The notes under the pieces were generated by a model. That model ran no database searches, was not told where the DNA came from, and saw nothing but the letters and a program-made list of their open reading frames with translations. A stretch of DNA of 64,000 nucleotides from Prochlorococcus sp. AG-679-M23 (lineage in GTDB: Bacteria > Cyanobacteriota > Cyanobacteriia > PCC-6307 > Cyanobiaceae). The stretch spans positions 192,001-256,000 of the forward strand of contig QCUR01000002.1 of NCBI GenBank assembly GCA_003208875.1. The letters are read 5' to 3'. Every line of letters starts with the position of its first letter. The stretch's first letter is position 1. Below, piece by piece: positions 21,059 through 33,438 of this stretch. The translations under genes were made by a program, and so were the position numbers.

Positions 21059-21991
21059 TTGATTAAAATTAGAGATGATTGGATTGAAATAATTAATTTG
21101 ACTAATATTTCCAAAAATGCAGTTACGAAGCCTGACTGGTTAAGAGTAAAAGCACCTCAAGTTGAGAGAATAGGTAATACTGCCAATTTGTTGAGTGATT
21201 TAAAATTAAACACTGTATGTCAAGAAGCAAGTTGTCCCAATATTGGCGAATGTTTTGCTAGTGGAACTGCAACTTTTTTAATTATGGGCCCAGGCTGCAC
21301 GAGAGCATGTCCATATTGCGATATTGATTTTGATAGATCTAAGAGAGATTTAGACCCAACAGAACCAGATCGTTTAGCAGAGGCTGTTTTTAGAATGAAA
21401 CTTAAACATGTTGTGATTACCTCTGTTAATAGAGATGATTTAGATGATGGTGGAGCTTCGCAGTTTTATAAATGTGTTTCGGAAGTTAGAAAAAAATCCC
21501 CTGAAACAACTATTGAATTATTAATTCCAGATTTATGTGGCAATTGGTCAGCACTTGAAAAGATTTTAGATTCTAGACCAAATGTTTTAAATCATAATAT
21601 TGAAACTGTCTCAGCTTTGTACAGGAAAGTAAGGCCACAAGGAAACTATCAAAGAACTTTAGAGTTACTTAAAAGAACGAGAGAATATTTCCCAAGTGTT
21701 TATACTAAATCTGGATTTATGTTGGGATTAGGAGAAAAGGATGATGAAGTTCTTACTCTTCTTATGGATTTAAGAAAAAATGATGTAGATATAGTTACTA
21801 TTGGTCAATATTTATCTCCAGGTCCAAAACATCTTCAGGTTCAAAGATTTGTTACCCCTTCAAAATTTAATTATTTTAAATTATTTGGAGAAAATGAATT
21901 AGGGTTTATGCAAGTTGTCAGTTCTCCTTTAACTCGTAGTAGTTATCATGCTGAAGAGATTCAGAAACTCATGAAAAAGTTTCCAAGATAA
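21059..21991 (+). CDS. lipA: Lipoyl synthase
   Basis: [33 protein letters not shown]. Start may be about 13 codons downstream. Confidence 0.97.
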   Translation: MIKIRDDWIEIINLTNISKNAVTKPDWLRVKAPQVERIGNTANLLSDLKLNTVCQEASCPNIGECFASGTATFLIMGPGCTRACPYCDIDFDRSKRDLDPTEPDRLAEAVFRMKLKHVVITSVNRDDLDDGGASQFYKCVSEVRKKSPETTIELLIPDLCGNWSALEKILDSRPNVLNHNIETVSALYRKVRPQGNYQRTLELLKRTREYFPSVYTKSGFMLGLGEKDDEVLTLLMDLRKNDVDIVTIGQYLSPGPKHLQVQRFVTPSKFNYFKLFGENELGFMQVVSSPLTRSSYHAEEIQKLMKKFPR

Positions 21992-22000
21992 TTAAATTAT

Positions 22001-22294
22001 CTATTGATTAATATTAATCCATTCATTTAATTTCCATTCGACAATATTATTTTTTATCATCGGATCTTTTTTTATAATTTCTAAGGCTTCTTTATACGTT
22101 CCAATTTCAAGAATTAGTAACCCACCAGCTCCTGATTGTTTGAATTCATCCACCAGAAACCCACTTTTGATATTTATTCCTTTTTTCTTTAAATTTTCTA
22201 TCCATTTGATATGTTCATTGATTATTTTCTTTCTTATATCTTTTTGAATTAAGTATTCTTTTTTTATGAGTTCAGTTTTTATAAAAATAGGCAT
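22001..22294 (-). CDS. YciI-like protein
   Basis: 97 aa with EHIKWI, SGFLVD..GGLLI, DPMI pattern of the YCII family. Confidence 0.75.
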   Translation of the reverse strand: MPIFIKTELIKKEYLIQKDIRKKIINEHIKWIENLKKKGINIKSGFLVDEFKQSGAGGLLILEIGTYKEALEIIKKDPMIKNNIVEWKLNEWININQ

Positions 22295-22297
22295 TCA

Positions 22298-25200
22298 TTA
22301 ACTTAATATACCGAGCATTTCTTCTTCGCTTGGAGGAACAACTATTTTAAAAATTCCCTTAAAATTAGACCAATTATTGATTATTTTGGATGCTTTTAGA
22401 CTCTTTGTTTTTTCTTGATATTCACTAAGAATTCCTAATAAAATCTCTTCTTGCTTGAGGTTAGTTATTTTATGGATACTAACTATTTCCTTATTCACTT
22501 TATTTTCTAAATCATTATTTTCATCAAGTATATAAGCTATTCCACCAGTCATTCCTGCTCCAATATTTCTTCCTGTTGAACCTAAAATTACTATCTTGCC
22601 ACCAGTCATATATTCACAACAATGGTCGCCCGAACCTTCTGTGACTGCAGTAGCTCCACTATTTCTAACAGCAAATCTTTCTCCGGATTTACCTAAAGCA
22701 AATAACTTGCCTCCTGTTGCTCCATAAAGACAGGTATTACCCAATATTACTTGCTCTGAAGATTTCTCATCTACTTGGGGAGGAACAATAGTAAGTACAC
22801 CTCCATTCATTCCTTTGCAAACATAATCATTAGCTTCTCCAATTAATTGGATATGCATTCCTTTTAATAAAAAAGCACCAAAACTTTGTCCTGCGTATCC
22901 TTTGAAATTGAGAATTAGTTCACCATTAAATCCATTATTTCCATAAAGTTCCGCAATTTCGCCTGATATTTTTGCACATACACTTCTGTCAGTGTTCTTG
23001 ATTTCTATTTCTTTAATTAATTTTCCATGATTCTTAATAGAATTCATGAATTCATTATCAGACAAAAATTGATCCTCTAATACATATCCATTAGTATGAG
23101 CAGTCTTAGAATGCTTTAACCATGACCTATCTTTATTTTGAGTCCCTTTTTTAATTAGAGAACTAAGATCAATATTTGCAGTTTTTGGAAGTTTAATATC
23201 TCTTGCTGTTAGAAATTCCTGATTGCCAATCAAGTCCTCCATACTAGATACTCCAATGCTACTCATTATTTGTCTTATCTCTTCAGCAATATATAAGAAA
23301 AAGTTCACGACATTTTCAGGTAAACCTTTAAACCTTTTTCTTAATTCTTCTTTTTGAGTAGCTACACCCACAGGACATTTGTTTGTATGACAAACACGCG
23401 CCATTATGCAGCCTTCAGCAATCATTGCTACTGAACCAAAGCCAAATTCTTCCGCACCTAAAATAGCTGCGATTACAACATCCCATCCTGTTTTAAGTCC
23501 GCCATCAGTTCTTAAAAGTACTCTCTCTCTAAGATTATTTTCCATAAGGGATTTATGGACTTCTGCAACACCTAATTCCCACGGTAAACCAGCATGTTTA
23601 ATAGAACTTAGAGGGGAAGCCCCAGTACCTCCATCATGCCCGGAAATTTGTATTACATCAGCATTCGCTTTGCTAACTCCAGCAGCGATAGTACCTATCC
23701 CAATTTCAGAAACGAGCTTTACACTGACCTTCGCTCTTGGATGAACTTGGTGCAAGTCATGAATTAACTGAGCCAAGTCTTCAATAGAGTAAATATCATG
23801 ATGTGGGGGTGGAGATATTAAGGCTACTCCTGGTTTGCTGTTTCTTAGCTTTGCAATATATGAATCAACTTTTGGTCCTGGTAATTGGCCACCTTCCCCT
23901 GGCTTAGCTCCTTGAGCCATTTTTATTTCAAGTTGCTTCCCACTTCTTAGATATTCTGGAGTAACCCCAAATCTTCCAGAGGCTATTTGTTTAATAGCTG
24001 AGCAAGCAGTATCCCCATTTTCTAGGCCTTTTATAGATGGTAATATTGCCGATTGAGTATTTTCATCAATATCATTCAATACATTAAAACGAGCTGGATC
24101 TTCTCCTCCTTCCCCGCTATTACTTTTCCCACCAATTCTATTCATTGCAACAGCCAACACTTCATGAGCTTCTCTTGATAATGCTCCTAAACTCATTCCT
24201 CCAGTACAAAACCTTTTACATATTGATTCAACACTTTCAACCTCATCTATCGGGATACTTTTTCTTGTCGAGTTAATTGACAGTAAATCTCTTAATGAAG
24301 TGACAGGTCTATTTCGAATAAGTGTTTTATAAGTCTCGAAATGATCGTATCCTGGTCCTTGCTTTAGGGCAGAATGTAAAACCTTTGACATTTCAGGATT
24401 ATTAGAGTGATATTCGCCATTATTTCTAAACTGAACAAATCCTAGAAACTCTAATTTTTTTAAATCTATTTCTGGAAAGGCTTTGGTATGAATTGAGAGT
24501 GATTCATTTGCAAGTTCTTTTAGTGTGATCCCTGCAATTCGACTTGTTGTTCCATCGAAAGCTATTTTAATTAAGTCAGAGCCAAGACCTACAGCTTCAA
24601 ATATTTGAGCACCATGATAACTAGATAAAAGGGAAATCCCTATTTTTGAAAGTATTTTTCTTAATCCATCTTCTAAAGCTTTTTTGATATTTTCCTGAAC
24701 GTCATTGATTGATAGTGGATTGATTTTCTTTGTAGCAATAAGCTTTTGAGTTTTTGGATGTTGTAACCAATGTCTTCCAGATTCAAATGTTAACCAAGGG
24801 CATACAGCACTAACTCCATAACCAATTAAACATGCTAGGTGATGCGTGCTCCAACATTGACCAGTTTCAATTATTAGCGAGGCTTTTAATCTTATTTCTT
24901 TTTTAAGAAGATAATGATGAATTGCACCTACAGCTAATAAAGGAGGAATAAAACTTTGTTTGGAACTGACTCCTTTGTCAGAAATGATTATTAAAGAGCA
25001 GCCTTCTTTTATTGCATTCTCGCTTACTTTACAAATATCATCTAACTTTGCTTCAAATCCTTTATTTCCTTCCTCAATATTAAATAAACTTGAAATAGTT
25101 TTCGATTTAATTTCTGATTCTTTTAATGAAATTAATTCTTGTTCATTAATAATTGGACTTTTTAAATGAATAAAAGGCTTAATATCATTAGATTCGAAGG

Positions 25201-26869
25201 GAGAGCATCTTTCACCTAAATGCATCTCTAAACTCATTACTAATTTTTCTCTTAAAGGATCTATAGGAGGATTAGTAACTTGTGCAAATCTTTGTTTGAA
25301 GTAGTCGTATAAAATATGAGGTTTAGAAGAGAGCACTGCTAATGGTATATCGTCACCCATACAATATGTTGGCTCCTTAGAAAGAGAAGCCATTGAATCA
25401 AGAATGAGATCATTGTCTTCTGAGGAAAAACCAAAAGCAGTTTGCTGTTGGAGCAATTCAAAATCTTTTAAATTACAAGTATTGGACCATTCATTATTTT
25501 TGAGTGTTACAGTTCTTTTTTGTATCAGTTTTTTATAATTTTTTCTTTTGGCAGCTTCTGCTTTAACTTCCCAATTTCTTAAAATTTTGTTCTGAGAAAG
25601 ATCTACTGCGAGCATTTGGCCTGGCCCTAAACGTCCTTTTTCTATAACTCTGTTTTCTTCAATATCCACTACCCCTGTCTCTGAACCCATTATCACAAAA
25701 CCATCATTGGTAATTGAATATCTAGCAGGTCTTAATCCATTCCTATCAAGTGTCGCTCCAACATAGTTTCCATCTGCAAATACTAATAGAGCAGGACCGT
25801 CCCAGGCTTCTTGGAGAGTAGCTGAATATTCATAAAAAGCCTTAATATCCTCTCTGCTTTCAAGTTCTGGTTGATCTCGAAATGCTTCTGGAACAAGTTT
25901 CAATAAGGAATCAGTTATTGGTTTCCCTGAACGAATGTTAATTTCTAGTGTTGCGTCAAGATTTGATGAATCACTTTTGTTCTTATCTACTATTGGCTTA
26001 ATATCACCAGACAACTCTCCCCAGTACTCATCAATATGTGTTTCTGATGCTTTCGCCCAATTGATATTACCCAAAAGGGTATTAATTTCTCCATTATGAC
26101 CCAAAAATCTCATTGGCTGAGCAAGAGGCCATTTTGGTAAGGTATTTGTGCTAAATCTTCGATGGTAAACAGAAAAAGAGACTTTAAAATCTTCTTTCTT
26201 TAAGTCTTTATAAAATTCTGATAAAACTTCAGATCTAACCATACCTTTATAAACAACAGTTTGAGAACTAAGTGATGCGAAATAAAATTCGCATTCACCG
26301 ATAGCATTTTTTGTATTATCTCTTATTCTTTTTTCGATTCTTTTTCTTAGTTGAAATAAGAGCATCTCAATATCTCTACTATCATCTTTTTCTAAGCAGA
26401 CGATCCATTGGTTTATATATGGTGCGTTTGCTTTTGCTAAAACTCCTAATGTTTCATTTTTAGTAGGTACATTTCTCCAAAATGTTTCTTTAAAATTTAA
26501 TTCTTTAGCTTCTTCATCGCATATAAGTTTTGATTCTTTAACTTTTAATTCATTATTGGGCATGAAAATCATGCCTAAACCTCGTTTTTCGTAGTTTTCA
26601 GTATTTAAATTTAATTCTCTATCTAAAAATTCCCATGGAATTGAACATAAAATTCCTGCCCCATCACCAGAATCACTATCTCCTCCGCATCCTCCTCTAT
26701 GCTCCATACAATTAAGACCTTTTAAAGATTGCTTCAATATCCAATTACTTTCTTTGCCATCAATATTTGCTATGAAACCAACACCACAAGCATCTTTCTC
26801 TCCAATAATTCCATTTGGAGAATAACTATCTTGATATGGCTCGTTGCTTCTTTTGATACTCCCTCGCAT
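22298..26869 (-). CDS. glsF: Ferredoxin-dependent glutamate synthase (GOGAT)
   Basis: DACGVGF (Ntn Cys), HRRFSTNT, IKMAQGAKPGEGGQL, 3Fe-4S CIMARVCHTNKCP; no gltD adjacent. Confidence 0.96.
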   Translation of the reverse strand: MRGSIKRSNEPYQDSYSPNGIIGEKDACGVGFIANIDGKESNWILKQSLKGLNCMEHRGGCGGDSDSGDGAGILCSIPWEFLDRELNLNTENYEKRGLGMIFMPNNELKVKESKLICDEEAKELNFKETFWRNVPTKNETLGVLAKANAPYINQWIVCLEKDDSRDIEMLLFQLRKRIEKRIRDNTKNAIGECEFYFASLSSQTVVYKGMVRSEVLSEFYKDLKKEDFKVSFSVYHRRFSTNTLPKWPLAQPMRFLGHNGEINTLLGNINWAKASETHIDEYWGELSGDIKPIVDKNKSDSSNLDATLEINIRSGKPITDSLLKLVPEAFRDQPELESREDIKAFYEYSATLQEAWDGPALLVFADGNYVGATLDRNGLRPARYSITNDGFVIMGSETGVVDIEENRVIEKGRLGPGQMLAVDLSQNKILRNWEVKAEAAKRKNYKKLIQKRTVTLKNNEWSNTCNLKDFELLQQQTAFGFSSEDNDLILDSMASLSKEPTYCMGDDIPLAVLSSKPHILYDYFKQRFAQVTNPPIDPLREKLVMSLEMHLGERCSPFESNDIKPFIHLKSPIINEQELISLKESEIKSKTISSLFNIEEGNKGFEAKLDDICKVSENAIKEGCSLIIISDKGVSSKQSFIPPLLAVGAIHHYLLKKEIRLKASLIIETGQCWSTHHLACLIGYGVSAVCPWLTFESGRHWLQHPKTQKLIATKKINPLSINDVQENIKKALEDGLRKILSKIGISLLSSYHGAQIFEAVGLGSDLIKIAFDGTTSRIAGITLKELANESLSIHTKAFPEIDLKKLEFLGFVQFRNNGEYHSNNPEMSKVLHSALKQGPGYDHFETYKTLIRNRPVTSLRDLLSINSTRKSIPIDEVESVESICKRFCTGGMSLGALSREAHEVLAVAMNRIGGKSNSGEGGEDPARFNVLNDIDENTQSAILPSIKGLENGDTACSAIKQIASGRFGVTPEYLRSGKQLEIKMAQGAKPGEGGQLPGPKVDSYIAKLRNSKPGVALISPPPHHDIYSIEDLAQLIHDLHQVHPRAKVSVKLVSEIGIGTIAAGVSKANADVIQISGHDGGTGASPLSSIKHAGLPWELGVAEVHKSLMENNLRERVLLRTDGGLKTGWDVVIAAILGAEEFGFGSVAMIAEGCIMARVCHTNKCPVGVATQKEELRKRFKGLPENVVNFFLYIAEEIRQIMSSIGVSSMEDLIGNQEFLTARDIKLPKTANIDLSSLIKKGTQNKDRSWLKHSKTAHTNGYVLEDQFLSDNEFMNSIKNHGKLIKEIEIKNTDRSVCAKISGEIAELYGNNGFNGELILNFKGYAGQSFGAFLLKGMHIQLIGEANDYVCKGMNGGVLTIVPPQVDEKSSEQVILGNTCLYGATGGKLFALGKSGERFAVRNSGATAVTEGSGDHCCEYMTGGKIVILGSTGRNIGAGMTGGIAYILDENNDLENKVNKEIVSIHKITNLKQEEILLGILSEYQEKTKSLKASKIINNWSNFKGIFKIVVPPSEEEMLGILS

Positions 26870-27062
26870 AGATTATTTAACTATATAAGATAATTTATTT
26901 ATTTCTATTATAAAAATGAATTTCAAAATACAAAGCAAAAATAATGAAGAATTACTAAACAAATTAAAATTTTATTTATAAATCAAAAAAATTCAAAAAT
27001 GCTTTAGATATGACTCGTAAAAGGTTATGATGTTTTGATATGTATTTTATCTATTAATATAG

Positions 27063-27440
27063 ATGCCGACCATTTCCCAATTAATTGGATCAGAAAGAAA
27101 ACGTCTGACACGAAAAACAAAATCTCCTGCACTTAAATCTTGTCCAGAGAGAAGAGGAGTATGTACAAGAGTTTATACATCTACTCCTAAGAAACCTAAT
27201 TCTGCCTTAAGAAAAGTTGCCAGAGTTAGATTAACTTCTGGTTTTGAAGTTACCGCATATATTCCAGGAATCGGACATAATTTACAGGAACACTCTGTAG
27301 TCCTACTCAGGGGTGGAAGAGTTAAAGATCTGCCGGGGGTAAGATACCATATAATAAGAGGAACTTTAGATACTGCAGGAGTCAAAGATAGACGTCAATC
27401 CAGGTCTAAATATGGTGCAAAAGCTCCTAAAAATGATTAA
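27063..27440 (+). CDS. rpsL: 30S ribosomal protein S12
   Basis: [28 protein letters not shown]. Confidence 0.99.
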   Translation: MPTISQLIGSERKRLTRKTKSPALKSCPERRGVCTRVYTSTPKKPNSALRKVARVRLTSGFEVTAYIPGIGHNLQEHSVVLLRGGRVKDLPGVRYHIIRGTLDTAGVKDRRQSRSKYGAKAPKND

Positions 27441-27466
27441 TTTTTTAACTTCAATTCTTTTCTAAA

Positions 27467-27937
27467 ATGTCACGTCGTAATGCAGCAGTAAAAAGACCAG
27501 TTTTACCAGACCCCCAATTTAATAGTCGTCTTGCCTCAATGATGATTTCTAGATTGATGAAACATGGTAAAAAATCTACTGCACAAAAAATACTATCAGA
27601 TGCTTTTTCTCTAATCAGTGAAAGAACAGGTGGAAATGCTGTGGAGTTATTTGAAACAGCCGTAAAGAATGCAACCCCATTGGTAGAGGTAAGAGCTAGA
27701 AGAGTTGGAGGTGCAACCTATCAAGTTCCTATGGAAGTTCGTCAAGAGAGAGGAACTGCTATGGCATTAAGATGGCTGGTTACCTTTTCAAGAGGAAGAA
27801 ATGGAAAGAGTATGTCGCAAAAGTTAGCAGGTGAATTAATGGATGCAGCTAATGAAACTGGCAGCGCAGTTAAGAAGAGAGAAGATACTCATAAAATGGC
27901 AGAAGCTAATAAAGCTTTTGCTCACTACAGATACTAA
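27467..27937 (+). CDS. rpsG: 30S ribosomal protein S7
   Basis: [23 protein letters not shown]. Confidence 0.99.
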
Positions 27938-28041
27938 TTTCGACCCAAAATGGTCCTTATTTAGTTTATTATTAAACAAAAGTTTATTTGATTAAATAAA
28001 CTGTTGCTATTTAGCAATTCATTCTATTTGGAGTTTTAACA

Positions 28042-30117
28042 TTGGCACGCGACTTTCCCCTTGAACGAGTAAGGAATATAGGTATAGCCGCTCATATTGA
28101 CGCTGGTAAAACAACTACTACTGAGAGAATTCTTTTTTATTCAGGGGTTGTTCATAAAATCGGAGAAGTACATGATGGTGCTGCCGTAACAGATTGGATG
28201 GCTCAAGAAAGAGAAAGAGGAATTACTATTACAGCTGCTGCTATCTCTACAAGTTGGCAAGATCATAGAATTAATATTATTGATACTCCAGGTCACGTTG
28301 ACTTCACAATTGAAGTTGAAAGATCAATGAGAGTTTTAGATGGTGTTATAGCTGTGTTTTGTGCGGTAGGAGGAGTTCAGCCACAATCAGAGACTGTTTG
28401 GAGACAAGCTGATAGATACTCTGTTCCAAGGATGGTTTTCGTCAATAAGATGGATAGAACAGGCGCAGACTTCCTAAAGGTTAATCAACAAATTAAAGAT
28501 CGTCTTAAAGCAAATGCTTTTCCTATTCAACTTCCAATAGGAGCTGAAGGTGATCTTTCAGGAATTATTGATTTAGTAAGTAACAAGGCTTATTTATACA
28601 AAAATGATTTAGGAACTGATATTGAGGAAGCTCCAATACCAGATGACATGAAAGACGAGGCATTGGAATGGAGAAGCAAATTAATGGAAAGTGTCGCAGA
28701 AAATGATGAAGAATTAATTGAAATATTTTTGGATAAGGGAGAATTAACTGAAGATCAATTAAAAAAAGGGATTAGAGAAGGAGTTCTCAAACATGGTTTA
28801 GTTCCTGTTTTATGTGGATCAGCCTTTAAAAATAAAGGGGTTCAATTAGTTCTCGATGCAGTAGTTGATTATTTACCAGCTCCAATAGATGTAAAACCAA
28901 TTCAAGGTGTTTTACCAAATGGTAAAGAAGATGTTAGACCTTCGGATGATAATGCTCCTTTCAGTGCACTTGCTTTCAAAGTCATGTCTGATCCTTATGG
29001 AAAACTAACTTTTGTAAGAATGTATTCTGGAGTACTTTCTAAAGGAAGTTATGTTATGAATTCAACTAAGGATGCTAAAGAGAGAATTTCAAGGTTAGTT
29101 ATCTTAAAAGCAGATGAAAGAGAAGAAGTTGATGAATTAAGAGCAGGAGATTTAGGAGCTGTATTGGGATTGAAGAATACAACAACAGGTGATACCTTAT
29201 GTAATACCGATGACCCAATAGTTCTAGAAACTTTATTTATCCCCGAACCTGTTATCTCAGTGGCTGTAGAACCAAAAACTAAAGGAGATATGGAGAAACT
29301 TTCTAAGGCCTTACAAGCCTTGTCTGAAGAAGATCCAACCTTTAGGGTAAGTACAGATCAAGAGACTAATCAGACTGTAATAGCCGGCATGGGGGAACTA
29401 CATCTTGAAATTCTTGTAGACAGAATGTTGAGAGAGTTCAAAGTTGAGGCAAATATAGGCGCCCCTCAGGTTTCTTATAGAGAAACAATTAGATCGAGTT
29501 CCAAGGGTGAAGGTAAATATGCAAGACAAACAGGAGGTAAAGGACAATATGGACATGTAGTTATTGAAATGGAACCTGCCGAAGTCGGCAAAGGGTTTGA
29601 ATTTGTTAACAAAATCGTGGGTGGAACTGTACCAAAAGAATATATTGGACCAGCCTCAAATGGAATGAAAGAAACCTGTGAATCAGGGGTTCTTGCCGGT
29701 TATCCGCTGATTGATGTAAAAGTAACACTAGTCGATGGTTCGTTCCACGATGTAGACTCATCTGAAATGGCCTTCAAAATTGCAGGTTCAATGGCTTTTA
29801 AAGATGGGGTTAAAAAATGCAATCCTGTCCTCTTAGAGCCTATGATGAAAGTCGAGGTCGAAAGTCCTGATGATTTTCTTGGATCTGTAATTGGCGATCT
29901 TTCTTCAAGGAGAGGTCAAGTCGAAGGACAATCTGTCGATGATGGATTGTCTAAAGTACAGGCCAAAGTGCCCTTAGCCGAAATGTTCGGTTATGCCACT
30001 CAACTCCGATCAATGACTCAAGGTCGGGGCATATTTTCAATGGAGTTCGCAAATTATGAGGAAGTTCCTCGTAACGTTGCTGAAGCTATCATTTCCAAGA
30101 ATCAGGGCAACTCCTGA
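28042..30117 (+). CDS. fusA: Elongation factor G
   Basis: [33 protein letters not shown] start. Confidence 0.99.
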   Translation: MARDFPLERVRNIGIAAHIDAGKTTTTERILFYSGVVHKIGEVHDGAAVTDWMAQERERGITITAAAISTSWQDHRINIIDTPGHVDFTIEVERSMRVLDGVIAVFCAVGGVQPQSETVWRQADRYSVPRMVFVNKMDRTGADFLKVNQQIKDRLKANAFPIQLPIGAEGDLSGIIDLVSNKAYLYKNDLGTDIEEAPIPDDMKDEALEWRSKLMESVAENDEELIEIFLDKGELTEDQLKKGIREGVLKHGLVPVLCGSAFKNKGVQLVLDAVVDYLPAPIDVKPIQGVLPNGKEDVRPSDDNAPFSALAFKVMSDPYGKLTFVRMYSGVLSKGSYVMNSTKDAKERISRLVILKADEREEVDELRAGDLGAVLGLKNTTTGDTLCNTDDPIVLETLFIPEPVISVAVEPKTKGDMEKLSKALQALSEEDPTFRVSTDQETNQTVIAGMGELHLEILVDRMLREFKVEANIGAPQVSYRETIRSSSKGEGKYARQTGGKGQYGHVVIEMEPAEVGKGFEFVNKIVGGTVPKEYIGPASNGMKETCESGVLAGYPLIDVKVTLVDGSFHDVDSSEMAFKIAGSMAFKDGVKKCNPVLLEPMMKVEVESPDDFLGSVIGDLSSRRGQVEGQSVDDGLSKVQAKVPLAEMFGYATQLRSMTQGRGIFSMEFANYEEVPRNVAEAIISKNQGNS

Positions 30118-30160
30118 TCTCTAAACTAAACACTCTTTAACCCTCGATTCTTTAATTCAA

Positions 30161-31360
30161 ATGGCTCGCGAGAAGTTCGAAAGGAACAAACCACATGTCA
30201 ACATAGGTACTATTGGCCACGTTGATCATGGAAAAACAACCCTGACTGCCGCTATTACTAATGTTTTAGCTAAAAAAGGTCAAGCACAAGCTCAAGACTA
30301 TGGAGACATCGATGGTGCTCCAGAGGAAAGAGAGCGTGGTATTACAATTAATACTGCACACGTTGAATACGAAACAGCCGACAGACATTATGCTCACGTT
30401 GACTGTCCAGGTCACGCTGATTATGTGAAAAACATGATCACTGGTGCAGCTCAAATGGATGGTGCAATTTTAGTTTGTGCAGCAACAGATGGTCCTATGG
30501 CTCAAACAAAAGAACACATTCTTTTAGCAAAACAAGTTGGAGTCCCTGCTTTGGTTGTTGCTTTGAATAAATGTGACATGGTAGATGATGAAGAAATCAT
30601 TGAACTTGTTGAAATGGAAATCAGAGAACTTCTTGATAGTTATGATTTTCCTGGTGATGATATACCCATCGTTCAAGTTTCAGGTCTAAAAGCTTTAGAA
30701 GGAGATTCTACTTGGGAATCTAAAATTGAAGAATTAATGACTGCCGTTGACGCTAGTATTCCTGAACCTGAAAGAGAAATAGACAAGCCATTTTTGATGG
30801 CAGTTGAAGATGTATTTTCTATCACAGGTAGAGGAACAGTTGCTACTGGAAGAATAGAGAGAGGAAAAGTTAAAGTTGGGGAAGAAGTTGAAATAGTTGG
30901 AATTAGAGATACAAGATTGACTACTGTCACTGGCGTTGAAATGTTCCGTAAACTTCTTGATGAAGGTATGGCTGGAGATAATGTTGGACTACTTTTACGT
31001 GGTGTTCAGAAAGAAGATATCGAAAGAGGTATGGTTCTTGTTAAAAAAGGTTCGATTACTCCTCATACGAAATTTGAAGGAGAGGTTTATGTACTTAAGA
31101 AAGAAGAGGGTGGAAGACATACTCCTTTCTTTGCTGGTTATAGACCACAATTTTATATAAGAACTACAGATGTAACTGGACAAATTACTGCATTCACATC
31201 CGATGATGGTGCCAATGTAGAAATGGTAATGCCAGGCGACAGGATAAAAATGACTGGGGAATTAATTTGTCCAGTTGCGATTGAACAAGGTATGCGCTTT
31301 GCTATTCGCGAAGGTGGCCGTACTATTGGAGCTGGTGTTGTTTCTAAAATTATTGAATAA
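30161..31360 (+). CDS. tuf: Elongation factor Tu
   Basis: [28 protein letters not shown]. Confidence 0.99.
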   Translation: MAREKFERNKPHVNIGTIGHVDHGKTTLTAAITNVLAKKGQAQAQDYGDIDGAPEERERGITINTAHVEYETADRHYAHVDCPGHADYVKNMITGAAQMDGAILVCAATDGPMAQTKEHILLAKQVGVPALVVALNKCDMVDDEEIIELVEMEIRELLDSYDFPGDDIPIVQVSGLKALEGDSTWESKIEELMTAVDASIPEPEREIDKPFLMAVEDVFSITGRGTVATGRIERGKVKVGEEVEIVGIRDTRLTTVTGVEMFRKLLDEGMAGDNVGLLLRGVQKEDIERGMVLVKKGSITPHTKFEGEVYVLKKEEGGRHTPFFAGYRPQFYIRTTDVTGQITAFTSDDGANVEMVMPGDRIKMTGELICPVAIEQGMRFAIREGGRTIGAGVVSKIIE

Positions 31361-31420
31361 TTTTCTTTAATTTTATAAAGTTAACCTTTGACAATCTAAA
31401 ATAGTTAAATAAATAGATAT

Positions 31421-31448
31421 GGGTTATTGAAAATCAGTAACCCCTTTA
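31421..31448 (+). terminator. Hairpin between tuf and rpsJ (terminator, attenuator or mRNA-stabilising stem)
   Basis: GGGTTATTGA-AAA-TCAGTAACCC 10-bp stem (one G-U) followed by CTTTT. Confidence 0.55.
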
Positions 31449-31469
31449 TAAAGAGATTAATTTAAACTT

Positions 31470-31790
31470 ATGACAGCTTCACTAACTCAACAAAAAATAC
31501 GTATCAGATTGAAAGCTTTTGATAGAAGAATGCTTGATTTATCTTGTGACAAAATAATTCAAACCGCAGATACAACGGCGGCATCAGCTATCGGACCTAT
31601 TCCATTACCAACTAAAAGAAAAATTTATTGCGTTTTAAGATCGCCTCATGTAGATAAAGATTCTAGAGAGCATTTTGAGACCAGAACTCATAGAAGAATA
31701 ATTGATATTTATAATCCTTCTGCTAAAACTATAGATGCTTTAATGAAATTGGATCTTCCTAGTGGTGTAGACATAGAAGTTAAATTATAA
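31470..31790 (+). CDS. rpsJ: 30S ribosomal protein S10
   Basis: [31 protein letters not shown]. Confidence 0.99.
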   Translation: MTASLTQQKIRIRLKAFDRRMLDLSCDKIIQTADTTAASAIGPIPLPTKRKIYCVLRSPHVDKDSREHFETRTHRRIIDIYNPSAKTIDALMKLDLPSGVDIEVKL

Positions 31791-31845
31791 GATATCCCGA
31801 ATAGAACTTTATTTCACTAAAATATAAAAAACATTTGAGGTTTAA

Positions 31846-32502
31846 ATGGGAGAGCTTTCAGTAAGGGAATTACCATTGTTCCCTCTCCCAGAAGTCGTTC
31901 TTTTCCCACAAGAAGTCCTGCCACTACATATCTTTGAGTCGAGATACAGAATTATGCTTAAATCTGTACTTGAATCAGATTCAATGTTTGGAGTAATTAA
32001 ATGGGATCCCAATAAAAAGAGTATGGCTAACGTTGGTTGTTGTGCTCAGATAATTAAACATCAAACGGCTGAAGATGGTAGAAGTAATATAATTACTTTG
32101 GGACAGCAAAGATTTCAAGTTCTTGAAATTGTACGTTCTACACCTTATTGTTCAGCAATGGTAAGTTGGATTACTGACGAAAATATTGAAAGTTTTCAAA
32201 GTTTAGACCTTTTAAGAGATTCAGTCACCGAAGCTTTAAATGATGTTGTTAAATTAACTAGTAAATTGACTAATTCTCAGAAAGTTCTTCCTGAAAAGTT
32301 ACCTGAGAACCCCATGGAACTGTCTTTTTGGATCGGTGCTCATCTGGGAGGGCCAGTAGCTGAAGAGCAGCAAAAACTTTTAGAGGAGAGGAACACACAT
32401 ACTCGTTTACAAAGAGAGTTTGAAATGTTAGACCATACTAGAAAACAATTAGCAGCTAGAACAGCTTTAAAAGAAAGTTTTCCTGATATCAAAGAAAATT
32501 AA
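31846..32502 (+). CDS. Stand-alone Lon N-terminal (substrate-binding) domain protein
   Basis: LPLFPL..VLFP..LPLHIFESRYR; no AAA+ or protease domain. Confidence 0.88.
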   Translation: MGELSVRELPLFPLPEVVLFPQEVLPLHIFESRYRIMLKSVLESDSMFGVIKWDPNKKSMANVGCCAQIIKHQTAEDGRSNIITLGQQRFQVLEIVRSTPYCSAMVSWITDENIESFQSLDLLRDSVTEALNDVVKLTSKLTNSQKVLPEKLPENPMELSFWIGAHLGGPVAEEQQKLLEERNTHTRLQREFEMLDHTRKQLAARTALKESFPDIKEN

Positions 32503-33438
32503 ATGTCTATTTTTTTAATATCTTCCCTTGTTATATTTTTAACTTTATTATTTTCTTCATTAATACTTTGGAGAATTAATACTAGAAAATATATTTCTTC
32601 GAGAACTGTAGCTACAGCATATGATTCCTGGACTCAAGATAAATTACTAGAAAGATTGTGGGGAGAGCATATACATCTAGGTTTCTATCCTCTAAATAAA
32701 AATATTGATTTTAGAGAGGCTAAAGTTCAATTTGTACATGAGTTAGTAAGTTGGAGTGGTCTAGATAAATTACCTAGAGGTTCTAGGGTTTTAGATGTCG
32801 GATGCGGAATAGGTGGAAGTTCTAGAATTCTTGCGAATTATTATGGATTTAATGTTACCGGAATAACTATTAGTCCAGCTCAAGTAAAAAGAGCAAAAGA
32901 ACTTACTCCTTATCAATGTAAATGCAACTTCAAAGTTATGGATGCTTTGGATTTGAAATTTGAAGATGGAACATTTGATGGTGTTTGGAGTGTTGAGGCA
33001 GGAGCCCATATGAATAATAAAACTAAATTTGCAGATCAAATGTTAAGAACTTTAAGACCTGGAGGATATTTAGCATTGGCTGATTGGAATTCAAGAGATT
33101 TACAAAAGCAACCCCCATCCATGCTTGAAAAAATAATTTTAAAACAATTACTTGAACAGTGGGTACATCCTAAATTTATAAGTATCAATGACTTCAGTAA
33201 TATTCTTATAGATAATAAAAATAGTTCGGGTCAAGTTCTATCCTCTAATTGGAATTCTTTTACAAATCCCTCTTGGTTTGATTCAATATTTGAAGGAATG
33301 AGAAGACCTAATGCAATTTTATCCCTAGGTCCAGGAGCAATTATAAAGTCTATTAGAGAGATACCCACAATACTTTTAATGGATTGGGCCTTTAAAAAAG
33401 GTTTAATGGAATTTGGAGTTTATAAATGTAGAGGTTAA
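32503..33438 (+). CDS. SAM-dependent methyltransferase, cyanobacterial MPBQ/MSBQ (prenylquinol) methyltransferase-like
   Basis: N-terminal membrane anchor, AYDSWT..LWGEHIHLG, VLDVGCGIGGS, LRPGG. Confidence 0.8.
   Translation: MSIFLISSLVIFLTLLFSSLILWRINTRKYISSRTVATAYDSWTQDKLLERLWGEHIHLGFYPLNKNIDFREAKVQFVHELVSWSGLDKLPRGSRVLDVGCGIGGSSRILANYYGFNVTGITISPAQVKRAKELTPYQCKCNFKVMDALDLKFEDGTFDGVWSVEAGAHMNNKTKFADQMLRTLRPGGYLALADWNSRDLQKQPPSMLEKIILKQLLEQWVHPKFISINDFSNILIDNKNSSGQVLSSNWNSFTNPSWFDSIFEGMRRPNAILSLGPGAIIKSIREIPTILLMDWAFKKGLMEFGVYKCRG

Noticed and set aside
32500..32505. In-frame TAA-ATG junction between the Lon-N domain gene and the methyltransferase (possible read-through fusion)
   Set aside because: TAA is an efficient stop, the second protein begins with its own membrane anchor, and abutting genes are common in this compact genome.
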